A stretch of DNA of 63,869 nt, filler included, from Rhabdomonas costata (lineage: Eukaryota): assembly GCA_019059605.1 (NCBI GenBank). It is 16 parts of 16 records of this genome, joined end to end, with 100 filler letters (N's around TTAATTAATTAA, not from the genome) between each part and the next. Parts side by side here need not be neighbours in the genome. Positions count along the whole stretch, not along the records: positions 35,931 to 39,817 come from JAHMHO010000465.1; positions 39,918 to 43,791 come from JAHMHO010000466.1; positions 43,892 to 47,767 come from JAHMHO010000467.1; positions 47,868 to 51,735 come from JAHMHO010000468.1; 12 more parts are not named here. The stretch is one strand, 5' to 3'. The notes beneath the pieces were generated by a model. It made no database searches. It worked only from the letters and a program-made list of their open reading frames with translations, and was not told where the DNA came from. Positions 36,243 to 49,056 of the stretch are shown here, piece after piece (within the stretch, counting starts at the first letter, position 1; each line of letters starts with the position of its first letter). The position numbers were made by a program, and so were the translations under genes.

Positions 36243-39038
36243 CTCAGATAGCGGACGAGATATCAAGTCTGCGCGGTGTCCCACGGTGGATCCCAGAGCT
36301 TCAATTCGGAAGGAGGACAGCAGCTGGGCGATGGTGGTTTTGGTATCGGCCGAACTCATAAAGGCCGCCAGATAGTGAGAGAACCGGTCGACAACGGAGA
36401 CTCCGATCTGCGGGTCCTGAGAGAGGGAGTAGGAACTTTCATCTTTCAGGGAGGAGCCCACTGCAATAATGCCCTCCGTGCGAACGGTCGAGTAAAGCGT
36501 ATCCGCTTGACAGGTGTCGATGATGAGCAGAAGCTCATGAAACCGCCTGCAAAGCAGCACGTCTCTCTCTCTCTCTCATGGAAAATACGCTGACATGCAG
36601 ATGAGAGGGTAGTGGAGCCAAAAGCGTCAAAGCGATGTTTCTGTAATGGTTCATTACAGACTTGAATTTCTGACTCTGGGAAACAACGTTTCTTAGCACG
36701 CCAAGATACGCCCAAGTTATTTGGCCACCTGCCTTGGAACTACAGATTGCGGTCAACACTCAGCCCACGCCGCGCTGTCCCGCTCTCCCCCCCCACCTTT
36801 ATCTCAACTTAAGCTCTCCCCTTAACTTTCATTTCTCACCCTATGCCAAAACACCTCCCTGCTCTCGATTATTATCCATAAATGTAATCAGTACTCCAAC
36901 CGGCGTGGCTCTTCATCAAATCCCGTTCACTGTTTCATTATCTGAATCATTCTTCTTGTCAGTACAAAGTGTTGTGAAGTTCTCATTTCCTGGGGTTCTG
37001 ACCCGTCAAAGCACAATACGCTCGCTGTGTGCCATGACAGGACGACAAGAACCACATACCTCTTTAGCCGCATTGCCAAAAAGGCATCCGCAAAATCCTG
37101 GAAACCAGAAAAAAACGGACAAGACATGCAGGTTCAATCAACATTTCAAGCATAACTATTGTTAACAGGCAAGCTTATCAAGTTAAATTGACACTACAAA
37201 ATATAAACGGCGCTTCATGAGTATTCGAACACATCAGCGTCTTCAACGATCCAGCCGCGGAGGAGATTGTTGCAAAGTGGAAATACAATTGGCCATACCA
37301 AAGTGGGCATGCAGTGCCACATACAGGCTTGTGCAAAGTAACGTGCGTGGTTGCCCGGTACAAGTGCACAATAGTCGACCCAGCACCATACCGGTCGTTC
37401 AGTTCAATAAGAACCAGCCGTTCATGACTTTTATGACGAGAACCATTCGAAAACATGACAAGATCTCCAATCACAAGGGTCGCGTAGGACCTGGGCTGAG
37501 ACTTCCTCGGAGTCCTGAAACTTCATGAACAAGTCCCCGCCATGACCTGCCAAGAAGATCAGCACATTGCTGTTCTCGTCCGAGAGAAGCCGCCGAGAGG
37601 CAGGGAAGTGTTCAGGGTGCTGGTCCGACAACAACCGCAGGAACGCACCAGCAGTAACTTCTGGACCACGGTAGTCCACTAAACAGGAGCACGGTGCACA
37701 CTACCCATCACCCGGCTATACTTACAACTGCTAAAATACTTCTGGTATTGGAATGTACGTACCTACAGCTCACGCTCGTTAGCGGGAGAATTGTTCACGA
37801 ACGAACCTCAAGAAAGGGACTGCGTAATCAGAAAATAATCTCGTTGTAGTTGTCACAAATATAGTCCCAACAATTCTGGGTGCACTACTACGACAAATCT
37901 TCGCTTCCATCTGCGCATCAGTGGTCCATGGTATTCATGGCGATCATGTGTGGAAAAAACAATTTGAGAAAAGCAAGAAACCATGTGGACAAAAGGCAAA
38001 AACCCCATGAAAAACAAAAAGCCAGCTAGGCTTTCAGCTTCCTGTCTTATTCTTTGAGCCTTATTCCATCAAAACAATGTAATGTTTCTCAAAAAGAGAA
38101 AGGCCCGAAACCCTGCAAGTTCCAAACGGACCTTCAATGGTGGGGGTATGTAGGTTTTTTCCGCGTCCCGGTCCGTACACCTGAGAACCCCCAGCCCGGA
38201 AGAAGTTAGTTTAGTCACCAATGAAACAATATATAACACACTGAGCGAAATTTTGAAACGTAATATGGAATAGACGATACAAAACTAAGTGACCTGCTGG
38301 CATATTCCACAGCTCACATCACAACTACCACACAACCACAAACATCAGACATAGATGTATTTCATAAAAGTAAAGTTCGGATTTCCAAACCAACACCGCA
38401 GAATAGAAGAAGCGCATAGAAAGGTAAAGCTTCACTACAAGTCGGCTGGCATGTTTCAAGAGTGAACAAACTTGCACTGAAAGCTACAAAATGGCTGGAA
38501 TATGAAGCAGCTGAAAACTGACAGGTGAAAAAGCGTCACCAAAACGTTGCCTTTGGGAGATTATGTCAGCACAGTTGTATTCTTGTGTAAAGCTCTAAAG
38601 TTCAGGTTTTTCTGGCATGTACCGATGTATTCCAGATGTGCGGCTCTGATTTCACGATTCTCACCTTTGCGATGACTCGGGCCATAATAGTCCGGAAACA
38701 GTAAATTCAGTAATTCCGTAAATTCATTTCGCAGCATGTCGAAAACATACTGAACGATCTAAAAGGAGAAAGCGCTGCAGTAGCACCTCGGCAGGAAAAG
38801 GATTTCTGGAATTACATGCGACATCCTCCGCCAGCATCAGTATAATTCGGTCGTCGGGAATTCCCCACCGCTTCACCGCAGCGTACACGTGGAGTGCGTT
38901 CACTTGATGCCGGTAATTGAACCAGTATTTCGATGTTGAAACAATGACCACCCAGTTGTTCGAGTGTGTCGCTGAGGCGGCGGCGCACAGCAGAAAGAAA
39001 ACGGTGACCACTGGCGACCAAGTCCTCGGGTACACCAT
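36243..39038 (-). CDS. GPI8: GPI-anchor transamidase catalytic subunit (peptidase C13, Gpi8/PIG-K), 3' partial
   Basis: Exons 39038-38787, 38180-38132, 37678-37491, 37097-37060 and 36546-36243 are all GT-AG and in phase. Signal peptide, [18 protein letters not shown], catalytic His (AGHGG) and Cys (DTCQA) are present. Confidence 0.95.
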
Positions 39039-40788
39039 CAATGGTGATCGAAAGAATAGCAAAAATCAAAGCTCTGCTTGAACCGACATCATATCCTGCA
39101 GCTTTGTAAAACCTCGCGGCACCATTTTCTGCAACTTTTAAACCCTTTAAACTCAATAAACAACAAAAAGCAGCGAATAAATTTCCACGGTGAGGAAAGA
39201 AAAATGTATGCTTTGACATTATAGGGCGTAAAGTACACTGAATATTAGTGCCTTTCCAACATTGCCACCCTCCCGCAAGTGACACACCGAGAAGATTATC
39301 TGCCCCCCCTCCCCCTACCACCAATCATGCCCATGCGTGCGCGATGCCAGCGAAACTGATGAACCGAAACAAGCGCTGCGATGGGGAGTTGCTGCTGTGG
39401 GTATTGGGAGGGGTTAACGGCCGTACGCTCCTGGTTCCGTGCCAGCGAAACCCTGAACATCAGAGCTTTCCTTTGAAGCCCTTACGTGGGTAGGTTCGTA
39501 GAGCTTCCCCTCCTGGTTGTTATTCATGCTGCCGCTTTGCGATAGCCCTTTGTCTGCTCTTCTGCACACTCTTACGGGCTTCCCTTCTTTCCTTCTTCAT
39601 TCTCGTTCACCGTAAGTGCGCTCTCATTGTATGGACCCCCCCACTGTCGAGACAAAATTTGAAAAAAGAAAAGAAAATCATCTTCGTCTTTTTTTTTGTG
39701 GGGGCTTGTTTTTTCTTTTGAAAGCTCGCTTTGGGTCGTCGCACCCCCGGCCCTTAATCACTGCGAGCTTGGTCAATGCCAGCGGAAATGGAAAAGGCGG
39801 GAATCCGCCAAGGCGGTNNNNNNNNNNNNNNNNNNNNNNNNNNNNNNNNNNNNNNNNNNNNTTAATTAATTAANNNNNNNNNNNNNNNNNNNNNNNNNNN
39901 NNNNNNNNNNNNNNNNNGGGGGGGTGTGTGTGTGGGGGGGCTACTCGTGTCAAACTATGAGGCGTTCCAAAGCCAAACTCTGTCCACTTCCGCAGCCATG
40001 GGTGATATTCGGAGCTCTAGCCAAGGGTGAGGGAGCATGCTTCGCTGACCCGAAGGAGGTAAACGAAGGACAGGAGCAAGAGACCGGGGAAGTGGCGTCC
40101 GCTGCACTGAAGAAAGTGAAGATTTCACTTTCTGGCATCCAATACTGCTAAAAAGATCTCATTCATCGCAGCGGGAGGGGAGGGCGAGTAAGAAACTGTG
40201 GCCTGCGCGCTGCCAAGCGTGACCGGGTCGTGTGTTGGCGCCCCGCGACGCCCTTTATGGCCCAGTGGCTTCTCTTCCTCAAAGCTCACTTCGGCTCACA
40301 CTCTGTGCCCACCGCAGCCGCACTCAGCCACCTCCCTGATTGCACTTGGCACTCCTTGCGGGGGTGCAAGGGAACGGCTCTTGGGCCCTCTGGGGGTGAG
40401 GAGCCGGCTGCCGAGACCACCTGGGTCTTTTGAGCCTGGTCAGACGCTTCAGTCATAGGCATTGGTGCTTGGTGCAGTGTAGTTTTGGAAGGCAGAGTGC
40501 GGTGCACCACAAAGCGCGAGAATGAAAGTGGACTGTGCGCCGAGAGGGGAGAGTGGCGTGGAGTGGACATGGGTAACCGCTTACTGGTTGCGATGTAATC
40601 GGGTTCTAACAGCTCGAGTTCCGATGCTAAACTTGCTGAATTCACCAGAGCTGTTTGGCCGGTACATGTTTGAGCCGCCAATCTCATGCTTGGTGAATTA
40701 TTGCAGCAACTTTGTCAGAAGTGTTCTTTTTGTCCCCGTTCATTTTTGTGTTTTGCAAATTCTTGTGCGGGAGCATTTTCCTCCTACG

Positions 40789-42444
40789 ATGGCGACGACC
40801 GTGGCTGTGGCTGAATTCTCTGATTCCACCAAGGAACTACCGTTATCTCCAGAGGAGGAACCAAAAAGGCAGCTTGCCGAATTGGTTTCAGATGTCCAAG
40901 CGGTGATGCCGAGATTGGGAATTCCCTGGGTGCCTCCACTACAACTCACACCAGCGGAGATGGAGTCTGGCAAAGAGCCTCCATCTGACTGCTCTCTGTG
41001 CTGGAGCCTTTTTCTCAACGCCCTTCACTGGAAGACCAGCCGAGCATTGCTTCTGGCAACCGGCATTCTCCTGGCGTGCGGGTTCCCCTTTGTGCTCATC
41101 GGCTTCGCACTATCAAACGCTGGATGGACCAGCATCCAAGAAGGCGTCCTTGGAGTTTACTGCGTCTCGCTATACACAGTGTTTCTTCTGGGGCTTTGTG
41201 TTTGCGCCTTTATGCTGCTCAACACTGCAAACGAGGCCAGCATTAGCGGGATGGTGGCGCAGCGGTACAATAAAGTATGCGATGGGAATCCTTTGACTGG
41301 GTCTGCCCATTAAAGCCGAAGTTAAGCGGGGGGTCTTTTGTCAAGTAACTCCTTTATCTCTCCTTTTGTGTAATATTCCTTAGTTTCAGGTGACAATTGT
41401 CGCAACGTCAACGGGAAGAGTATCGATAAAAAACAACTTAATCTTGAATTAGAAGGAGCTATTTTGATTATCCGACCCGCCTGGGCATCCACTCATTCAG
41501 CCAGCTCAGTCAATCAGTACACCCGCACCCATCTGCACAATTTTTTCAAACATCGCCAGCTGAACGAATCGTCCAAGATTCCAGTGCTGTGATGAATAAA
41601 CAACACACCAGCAGATAAACTGAGGGGGGGGGTGATGTACTGAGCAAACTGATGGGCTTCTAGACTAGACGAAAACTTCCTTGCAATTACGTCCATTCGT
41701 CCCATTTTTCTTTGGTTAGCCTGCAAAACGGAAACCCCATACCTCTGCGGCGCCATGTCAAAAAGTGAGAAGCAAAAAATTGAAGCAATTCCTGTGCTTT
41801 TCGACTGTTGTTTGGAAGGATGAAGCCGTTCGGTGTTTGTGTTCTTCCTTCTCCAGGTATGTTACGCAGTCATTCTAATGCTCACTGGGGCATGCTTTTT
41901 CACCAGCTGCTTTGTTGTCTGCAACGGCTTGGCCCTGGGTGCGAACCCAAGCAGGCCCTATGTCTTCATTCTGGCCTCCTTGTCGCCTCTGATCTCTGGC
42001 CTTATTCTGGTTTTCCCGCTTCCCGTCACCCTTTCCGTGTCCGAGCTGTCAATGATTCCCCTCGACGTCCCCTACAGCCTTCCTGCGCAGAGAGAGCCTC
42101 AGTTCCTGCTGCTCTTCTACCGCGCCCAGTCCCCGCGGGTCCATCGTGTGCTCCACTACACCGCCGTGATGACCGGGGTAGCCGCTGGGTACACTATTGT
42201 GGTGGACAGCCTGACACACTACTACTCCCATGTCGACGCAAGATGGGGTATTGCGTTGGCACTGCTCCTGGTGAGTGCCGTTGCATTGCTTCTGTTTTTC
42301 CTTAACGGAATTTTCGAGAACTGCTTGTCCCTGTCCAATTTTCGCACCTTCTCGATCTACTGCGAGTTCTTGGGACTTTTCTACTATTTGGTGGTGACCA
42401 CTTTTGCTGCAGGCTTCAGTGGAAACTTGTTTCATTTGGCTTGA
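40789..42444 (+). CDS. Multi-pass membrane protein, possibly Frag1/DRAM/Sfk1-like
   Basis: Exons 40789-41274 and 41857-42444 (GT-AG, phase 0) encode about 7 hydrophobic segments. ASISG, LHY and CEF are spaced as in the Frag1/DRAM family (inference). Confidence 0.6.
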
Positions 42445-43389
42445 CCGGCTTTAGCCTGTCTTTGCAATTTCTCCTGCTCACGTTCTTGCTTCTTCCTCAT
42501 GTTGTCGTTGATAAACCTTGCTCCTCACACTGCTCACCCCCCACCCCCACACCCGGTTTTTTTCTGTTTCTACCTGACCCACTTCCTCCCAGTCCCCAGA
42601 TTCCTCAACTCTTCCTTCCCCACGCGTACCCGTTTTTCACTGGACCATTACCTTCGTCTTCAAGTGCCATGCACTTATCAGCTTCTGGAATCCCTTGATG
42701 TTGGTAAAACGGTGGATATCTGTTGTTGATGTTTTTGCTGGTGCAGTTGATGGCGGTATCCCCCCCCCACACACACACAAAAAAAGAAGTCCCGCGACTG
42801 CGCTTCCTGTACAGAAATGGGCCTGTTTCACCAGTCTCCACGCTTGCCGTTGACCATCGTGTGATTTCAGCGTTTCAACTCTTTTCAGTGCTGCATTATT
42901 ACCATGTTTATGTTCAAGTTTTGTTGTTTGCCATCTCTTGCCTTTAAGGGATGAGGGTGGAGTCAAGGGCTTTGAGTTTCGCGTTGTGCTATAACCTCAC
43001 TCCTTTGAAGCAGAATATGTTTTGTAAGGTTTGGCTGTCTTCGTTTTTTAAGAGTTCCAAAGCGATTGATGGTGAAGTTGGGCATCAAATGGGCACATAC
43101 CGGCTTCGTAGTAGGAGAGGTCCAGGATTTGGAAGGTGGATGTTAAAACGCAGGTGCTTTTTCGGCTCCGAGCTTGAACCAACGCTGGCTAGTTGTCGTT
43201 TTTCGTTCCTTTTCTCTCGAACAGAAATATGGCCTCTTCCGCACAAAAGAGCACAAGTGCAACAGTGCACCGGCACCGATTTTATCTCCCCCAAGGCCCG
43301 TGGCGTTTGCTTTATTGTGTGTCACCGTTCTCTCTTCACCCGGGACCTTCAACCTTCAGAGTTGCTTTTCCGGGGCTTATTTTTCGCTA

Positions 43390-43579
43390 ATGACGAGAAA
43401 AAAGGTGCGGAAGCAGCGGAAGAATGTCGCCATTACCGGCAAAAGGGACCGCGTCGCTGAGAGGCATCTCAGAAACCACAAGTGGAGATCAAAGATCCGC
43501 AATGTCGTCGGCGAGGCCTACCTCTTAGACCGCCCCAGAACCCTCAGGAAAAACCCTGTGGACAATTACACTCGCCTGG
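43390..43579 (+). CDS. First exon of a probable ribosome-biogenesis protein, Nop16-like
   Basis: Very basic N-terminus followed by LDRPRTLRKNPVDNYTRLG, resembling the Nop16 WDxxxTxxxNYxxLG motif. Ends at a GT donor. Confidence 0.45.
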
Positions 43580-43643
43580 GTGTGCCACACCGCTTCTTTC
43601 TTTCTGGTGCACCACTTCTGGTCTTGTTTCCATGGCTGAGGGG

Positions 43644-43783
43644 GGGAGCATTGTACTTCCTGAAAGCCCAAGCTTCCAACAAGATTCCTGAAAGATTAGC
43701 TTCCAACAAGACTGAGAGCTTGAGGAAATAATAATTCTTGAATCTTGTTGGAAGCTTGGGCTTTCAGGAAGTACAATGCTCCC
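43644..43783. repeat. Fold-back inverted repeat at contig end (43644-43687 / 43740-43783)
   Basis: Perfect 44-bp arms. Confidence 0.9.
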
Positions 43784-43891
43784 ACCCCCACNNNNNNNNN
43801 NNNNNNNNNNNNNNNNNNNNNNNNNNNNNNNNNNNTTAATTAATTAANNNNNNNNNNNNNNNNNNNNNNNNNNNNNNNNNNNNNNNNNNNN

Positions 43892-44206
43892 GACCTGCCT
43901 CCAGGTCGACACCAGTCCCTGCACCACCTGCCCGCGACGAGCTCGGTCTGCCGTGGACGGATTATCCGGTGGGGAAACCGGGGTTTTGGCTTCGCGGAGT
44001 TTTCCGGGCTCTCCGCACAGGTCTTCGTTCACATCAGCAACTTTGATGATCCCGAGCCAGACAGCTCTCTGCTGTACGGCCAGCCTGCCATTGAGGCCGC
44101 GATGGTCCCAGGATGGGTAAGGCAAACGTCAAAGGGAGTCGAAATCCGCAGAGGGTGCAAGTGCCTTTCCGTCACTACAGCTCTCCGGACATTCAGTCGT
44201 CGGTAA
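43892..44206 (+). CDS. 3' end (cold-shock domain) of the same RING-NYN-CSD gene, at the start of the contig
   Basis: Reads DLPPGRH...GRIIRWGNRGFGFAEFSGLSAQVFVHISNFDD...RR*, with RNP1 (GFGF) and RNP2 (VFVHIS) both present. Confidence 0.8.
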   Translation, partial: DLPPGRHQSLHHLPATSSVCRGRIIRWGNRGFGFAEFSGLSAQVFVHISNFDDPEPDSSLLYGQPAIEAAMVPGWVRQTSKGVEIRRGCKCLSVTTALRTFSRR

Positions 44207-45875
44207 GTATCGTGGGGTTGTTTCCGATGCGTTTCGATGTGTTCTCCTTCCTAATCCCTCTGGTGTGAACACGCACGTTCTCGGTCGTCCGCATGACGTG
44301 TCGACCAGAAGGGCAGAAGGCTATCCTCTTTTGCGTTGCTGCGATTCTCTGGTCAGCATTATTCTTTTCACTCCAGTGTCCATTGTGTGATTCCAACACC
44401 TCCCGCCGTTGGCCTTCGTTTGTGTTGTTTTCTGTAAAGTGCGTTTGAGTGACGCCTCTCCGATGATTTCGGCGAACGTAGCCGTGCCTCCAACATTCAG
44501 AAATGGCCTTCTTTGTGTCTGTTTCTTTGTCTACTGGCACCATTGGAATTACAATCATACACACGCTCCCGCCTTTGGCTTTTGTGTACCACGCGTACCT
44601 CCATTGTGCGCCGCACCTCCCGCGGACCCATTCTCATTTGTACGCCCACCACCACCACCACCACCACTTCAGTTTCTCCCATTCCGAGGGTTTCGTGGCG
44701 TTGTTTCTAACACCCTACCTCCAACTCTTCTGTGCATCCTTCCTGTGCACCTCCATCCCCTCCATTCGTCCAGGTTCTTTCACTCTCCACTCTTTCATCG
44801 CCCACCCCTCCCCCCTTCTTTCGGCATTAGTGGTGCTGTGCTTTGTGCCTGGACGCTGGACACTGGACGTCACCTTCTTGGATCGAGATGCATCAATGCC
44901 TGGAAATAATATTGCGATGTGGTGAAGAAAAAAAGGAAGGAAAATGGAATTTTCGCTGAAATGGGAAAAATGGCCGACCGTTGTGTAGACTTTTTGCGCT
45001 TAAAGAAGTAAATTGGTCCACATAGCATCTTGCCCTCAGCCAATGCATGTGTAAGCAAACATTAAGGGCGTAGCGCAGTGGCGAGGACAAATGCGCAGAC
45101 GCCAATGCCGAGGCAATGGCTGCATCGTTTTCAGTCACAAACTCTGCTCTGGTAACAGCCTCGACATCAAGTGCAGGATGAGAATTGTGTGGCTTTTCTG
45201 CACCATTGCTGTGTCATCTCAAGTGTGCATGGGCACAGGTAGCCCAGAGTTAGGGTGTGAGTCCGGATTCACGAACATATCTCAGTGGCAGCACGATGGC
45301 CCGTACCAGGCATTCGGCGGTTTTTTCTTCCGCCCTGCTTTCACGGTGTTGCTTTTTTCTTGACGAGGACGTGGTGTGGTGAGGAACAGCCGGGGTACTC
45401 TTAGGTTCGGGGGATATCTCCCTCTGAATTCTTCGGCCAGAGCGTCCTCACAGCGCATCCCCCGCAATGCCGTTGCTCGACGTGATGCTTGGTGTGGCCC
45501 CTGTCCTTGGTCTTTTGCGATTGGAATGTGGGTGCAAAAACTCGCGGAGGGACCGGGACGCAACGCTTAATGTTTTGCACTCCAGGTTCCAGTGGAGGCT
45601 GTTATGGTGGGGGTCGAGCCTGATCTGCTTGGGGATGCTTCTTGCATCCTTTTTCTTGCGATGTGGGTACATTTGGGAGTCAACCTGTTTCTTCCAAGCA
45701 CCCAGATGGCCCTTTGCACCTCCAACAGAGGTGGGTCGGAAGTTCAGCCGGAACCGCGCGGTTACCACGCTCATTCGTCCTCGCCACCTCTGCACCCAAC
45801 ATCTCAACGCTTTCGTCGCGGTTCGACATGTTTATCTGCAGTCTTTTTCACTGGGTTTTTCTTCCATTGGAGAAG

Positions 45876-47767
45876 ATGTCGACTTGTGGGGTGTGTTTTG
45901 AAGAGTATGACAGGGAGCAGCACATCCCGCAACTGCTCAACCCCTGTGGGCACTGCCTCTGCCTCCGGTGCAAGCAGCAGCTCCCGCTCCCCGTAGTGAT
46001 CTCGCCATCTCGAGTGCGCAGGTGGCGTGCGCATCTTGTTCGGGGGAGGGGGTGCATCATGTAGAAAATTGGAGAGTGGGGAGTATTTGCGATGCATGCA
46101 TGCCGATGGGGTACACTTTGCACAACAGAGAGGATCCCTATTGCTCTCTATTTCACTTTTTGTGCGCTTGCTGATGTGTTGGTTAGCCAGGGTATCGCAG
46201 GAGTTGGAGAGTCCAGAATATGGGCGATTTCTGTGGGAAGTAGTGTGCGTATGGTGCACATATGTCACCTCTCTTCTGGAAAACCTTCATAGACCTCCGT
46301 GCCCCTGGTGCCGAACGGAGATCGAGAGCTTTGTGGAGAACCGTGCCCTTCTGACGATGATCGAGGAGGTTCAGGAGAGGCCCATCGAATCGGAGGAAAC
46401 AGAGAATCCCCCGCCCAGGTTTCCCCTTTCCGAGCCGCTGGCACGACGGCAAATTCAGATGTTTCTCGAGGCTCAGTGCTGCCGCTTTCCAGCCACCCCC
46501 TCTGCGGACTTCCCCATGTACACCGTTGAAGTTCAGAAGAAATTTGTGGACCTCGTGGACCAGCTGTGGACGGAGCACTGCTGCTTCGACATTCCGGAGC
46601 TTGGCGCAGAGGAGCACCCGGGAGAATCCGCGCTGAGGGCGCTGCGCGAAGATAGCTTTGGGGACGAAGTGATGCGCAGGGTAGTCCGGCAAGATCCCGC
46701 GCTGCGCTACCTGGAGACGCTCTTCGGGATGCTAGACTACAGCCAGAGGGACCAGATCGAGGCCTTCCTTGAACTTCTGCGAGGCGCACGGGCTACCCTA
46801 ACCTTGCAAGAGTACCGTGTGCACATCCTTTGGGACACAGAGAACGTGCGCCTTGCCGACACACCGGATTTCTTGGGGGCCCTGGAGCAGCTGTTTTGCT
46901 TTCTGGAGAGCCGCCACATCGGAGTCCGCCGGCGGTTCCGGGTGAGTGCGTTTTTCATCGCGGGAAAGCATCAGGCCCCCAGCAAGAGAATGCTGAAGAC
47001 AATGAGAGATCTAGGCTTCGAGCTGCACGACTGCCCCGAAGGGAAGAAGGAGGAGGTCGACCGCCAAATCGAGCGCCGTCTGAACACCATTGCGGATGAC
47101 TACGACCCAATGAAGACCCGTGTCGTGGTGATCTCCTCGGACAAGGACTTCATTGAGCCCATGCGGATGCTGCGAGGCAAGGGCTTTCTGGCGTATGTTC
47201 TGCACAACGCTAGTGCTGGTTCTCCCCACGAGAGGGCCCTCGGGGTTAACCCCTCGGGGGCGTTTTCCATCCGCGAAGCACTCGGGCCGTCGCTCGTTCA
47301 TCTGCTCTCGGTGTGCCCCCGGTGCCCTGGGCATGTTGCCAATGAGCGATGTAACCTTTGCGTGTCCTGCCAGAACTGCAAGCGCCTAGTTCCGCCCACA
47401 GCGATCGTTGCACTCTCGCAGACCTGTGAGACCTGCTGCAGCACCTTGAAGGAGTGCCAGCACTGCCGGAGCCGTTTCTTCCCTTCCCTTCTTGTGGGGT
47501 CTCTGTGCCGGGGATGCAAGTGTCAGAACCCCTCATGCGATCAGGTGGCCGTTAGCGGCGGCTTTTGCAGGGCACACGTCCCGGCGGTTCCCGCTGTAAC
47601 ACGCCACCCGGCACCCGCTGAAGCACGGCCCCAAGAGGTTGACCTGCCTCCAGGTCGGCACCAGTCCCTGCACCACCTGCCCGCGACGAGCTCGGTCTGC
47701 CGTGGACGGATTATCCGGTGGGGAAACCGGGGTTTTGGCTTCGCGGAGTTTTCCGGGCTCTCCGCAC
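45876..47767 (+). CDS. RING finger - NYN (PIN-like) ribonuclease - Cys-rich zinc region - cold-shock domain fusion protein
   Basis: Exon 45876-46021, GT-AG intron 46022-46292, exon 46293 to contig end. RING: CGVC...CGHCLCLRC...CPWC. NYN: LWDTENV, KKEEVD, VVISSDKDF. Multiple CxxC pairs follow. The CSD begins GRIIRWGNRGFGF. Confidence 0.85.
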
Positions 47768-49056
47768 NNNNNNNNNNNNNNNNNNNNNNNNNNNNNNNNN
47801 NNNNNNNNNNNTTAATTAATTAANNNNNNNNNNNNNNNNNNNNNNNNNNNNNNNNNNNNNNNNNNNNTTTGTGTGGGGACCTTTGTGTGATATAGGTTTC
47901 CACCTTTTTTTTTTCACTGCCACCACTTCCCTTGCCTGCATCCGGATCCGCTGAGCTCTCTCCACTTTGTAGAGCAGTGCTCACGGCCCGATTTTGATGG
48001 TTTTTTCTTTATGAATCAACAGCTGTTAATAAGCTACCGTTTCTTGTCTTGCTTCAGCCATCAACTTGAATCCCTATCCACCATTTACCAATAAAGCACT
48101 TGACCGACCATAAACATTTCTAGCAACACAACGCTTTTACACGTGCGGTGAGAGGTTCATGTACACAATGCAGAAATTACTGGCGTCGCCACACTCAGTC
48201 ATTGAATCACAATCCATCTAGTTAGCATAACAAAGACCTCCAATTGGCGCCTGAAAAAGCACCAGATGTGGGGGCCATATCTCCAGAGATCCACGTCAGG
48301 GGGCTAGTGTACCTTTTCTCTTTTTGCCCAACCTAGGACCAGAGAACGGGAAAATAGGCTCATTTCGCCCATGCTGCGACGAACACAGCTCAATGAATCA
48401 TCGTGCATAGCTGCAGAATGCAGGAAGGCTGGACTAGCTCCAGGAGTTGAACCTGCGCAAAACTACTCAACTTTCCTGATTGCAATGGTCTATGTTGCTA
48501 TGGTACAATGGACTCCCCCCTAGTTCGGAGCGTTTGCTAAACGCCTTCGTTAGCGATAACTGCTCCCTCCGAAATCCGATATAAGGATTTTGGGGCTTGA
48601 TGACGGTGAGCGGGGTCAGAAACAAATGCAAGGGCAAACAATTTATGTTCAGGATGCCTTCATTCTTTGTCCCAGGAGGCACGAACATATGCAAACATGC
48701 CTGAGCCGTTGCAAGGCTCGCGGCAGTCCTTTCCTCGGGGAAGGTGTTCCCAGCACAGGGCTGCCAGGCTACCAACACCCCTTTCTGTGGAGTGGAGTAC
48801 CGCAGCACCAGCCCAGGGCTGCACCGTATACGAGCATCCACCTGTTTGGCGGATTTTTGTTTGGGGGTGAGGTGGAGGGGATGAGACAACACCTGCTGGG
48901 AAAATCTGAGGAACGTCCTCCCTCCCTTCATCTGTCCACAATGGTGCGGATGGAAGTGGAAAGATTCCCAAAATGGGGAAACACTCAAGGACCCTCGGGT
49001 GGAAACGGCATTCCATTACTGAGCAAAGTGTACTGAGTCAAAATCACCCGCACAAG

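Larger units (their letters stand above)
43892..47767 (+). repeat. 127-bp direct terminal repeat (43892-44018 = 47641-47767); unit length 3749 bp
   Basis: The two copies match except for one synonymous change (CGA at 43909, CGG at 47658). Confidence 0.92.
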
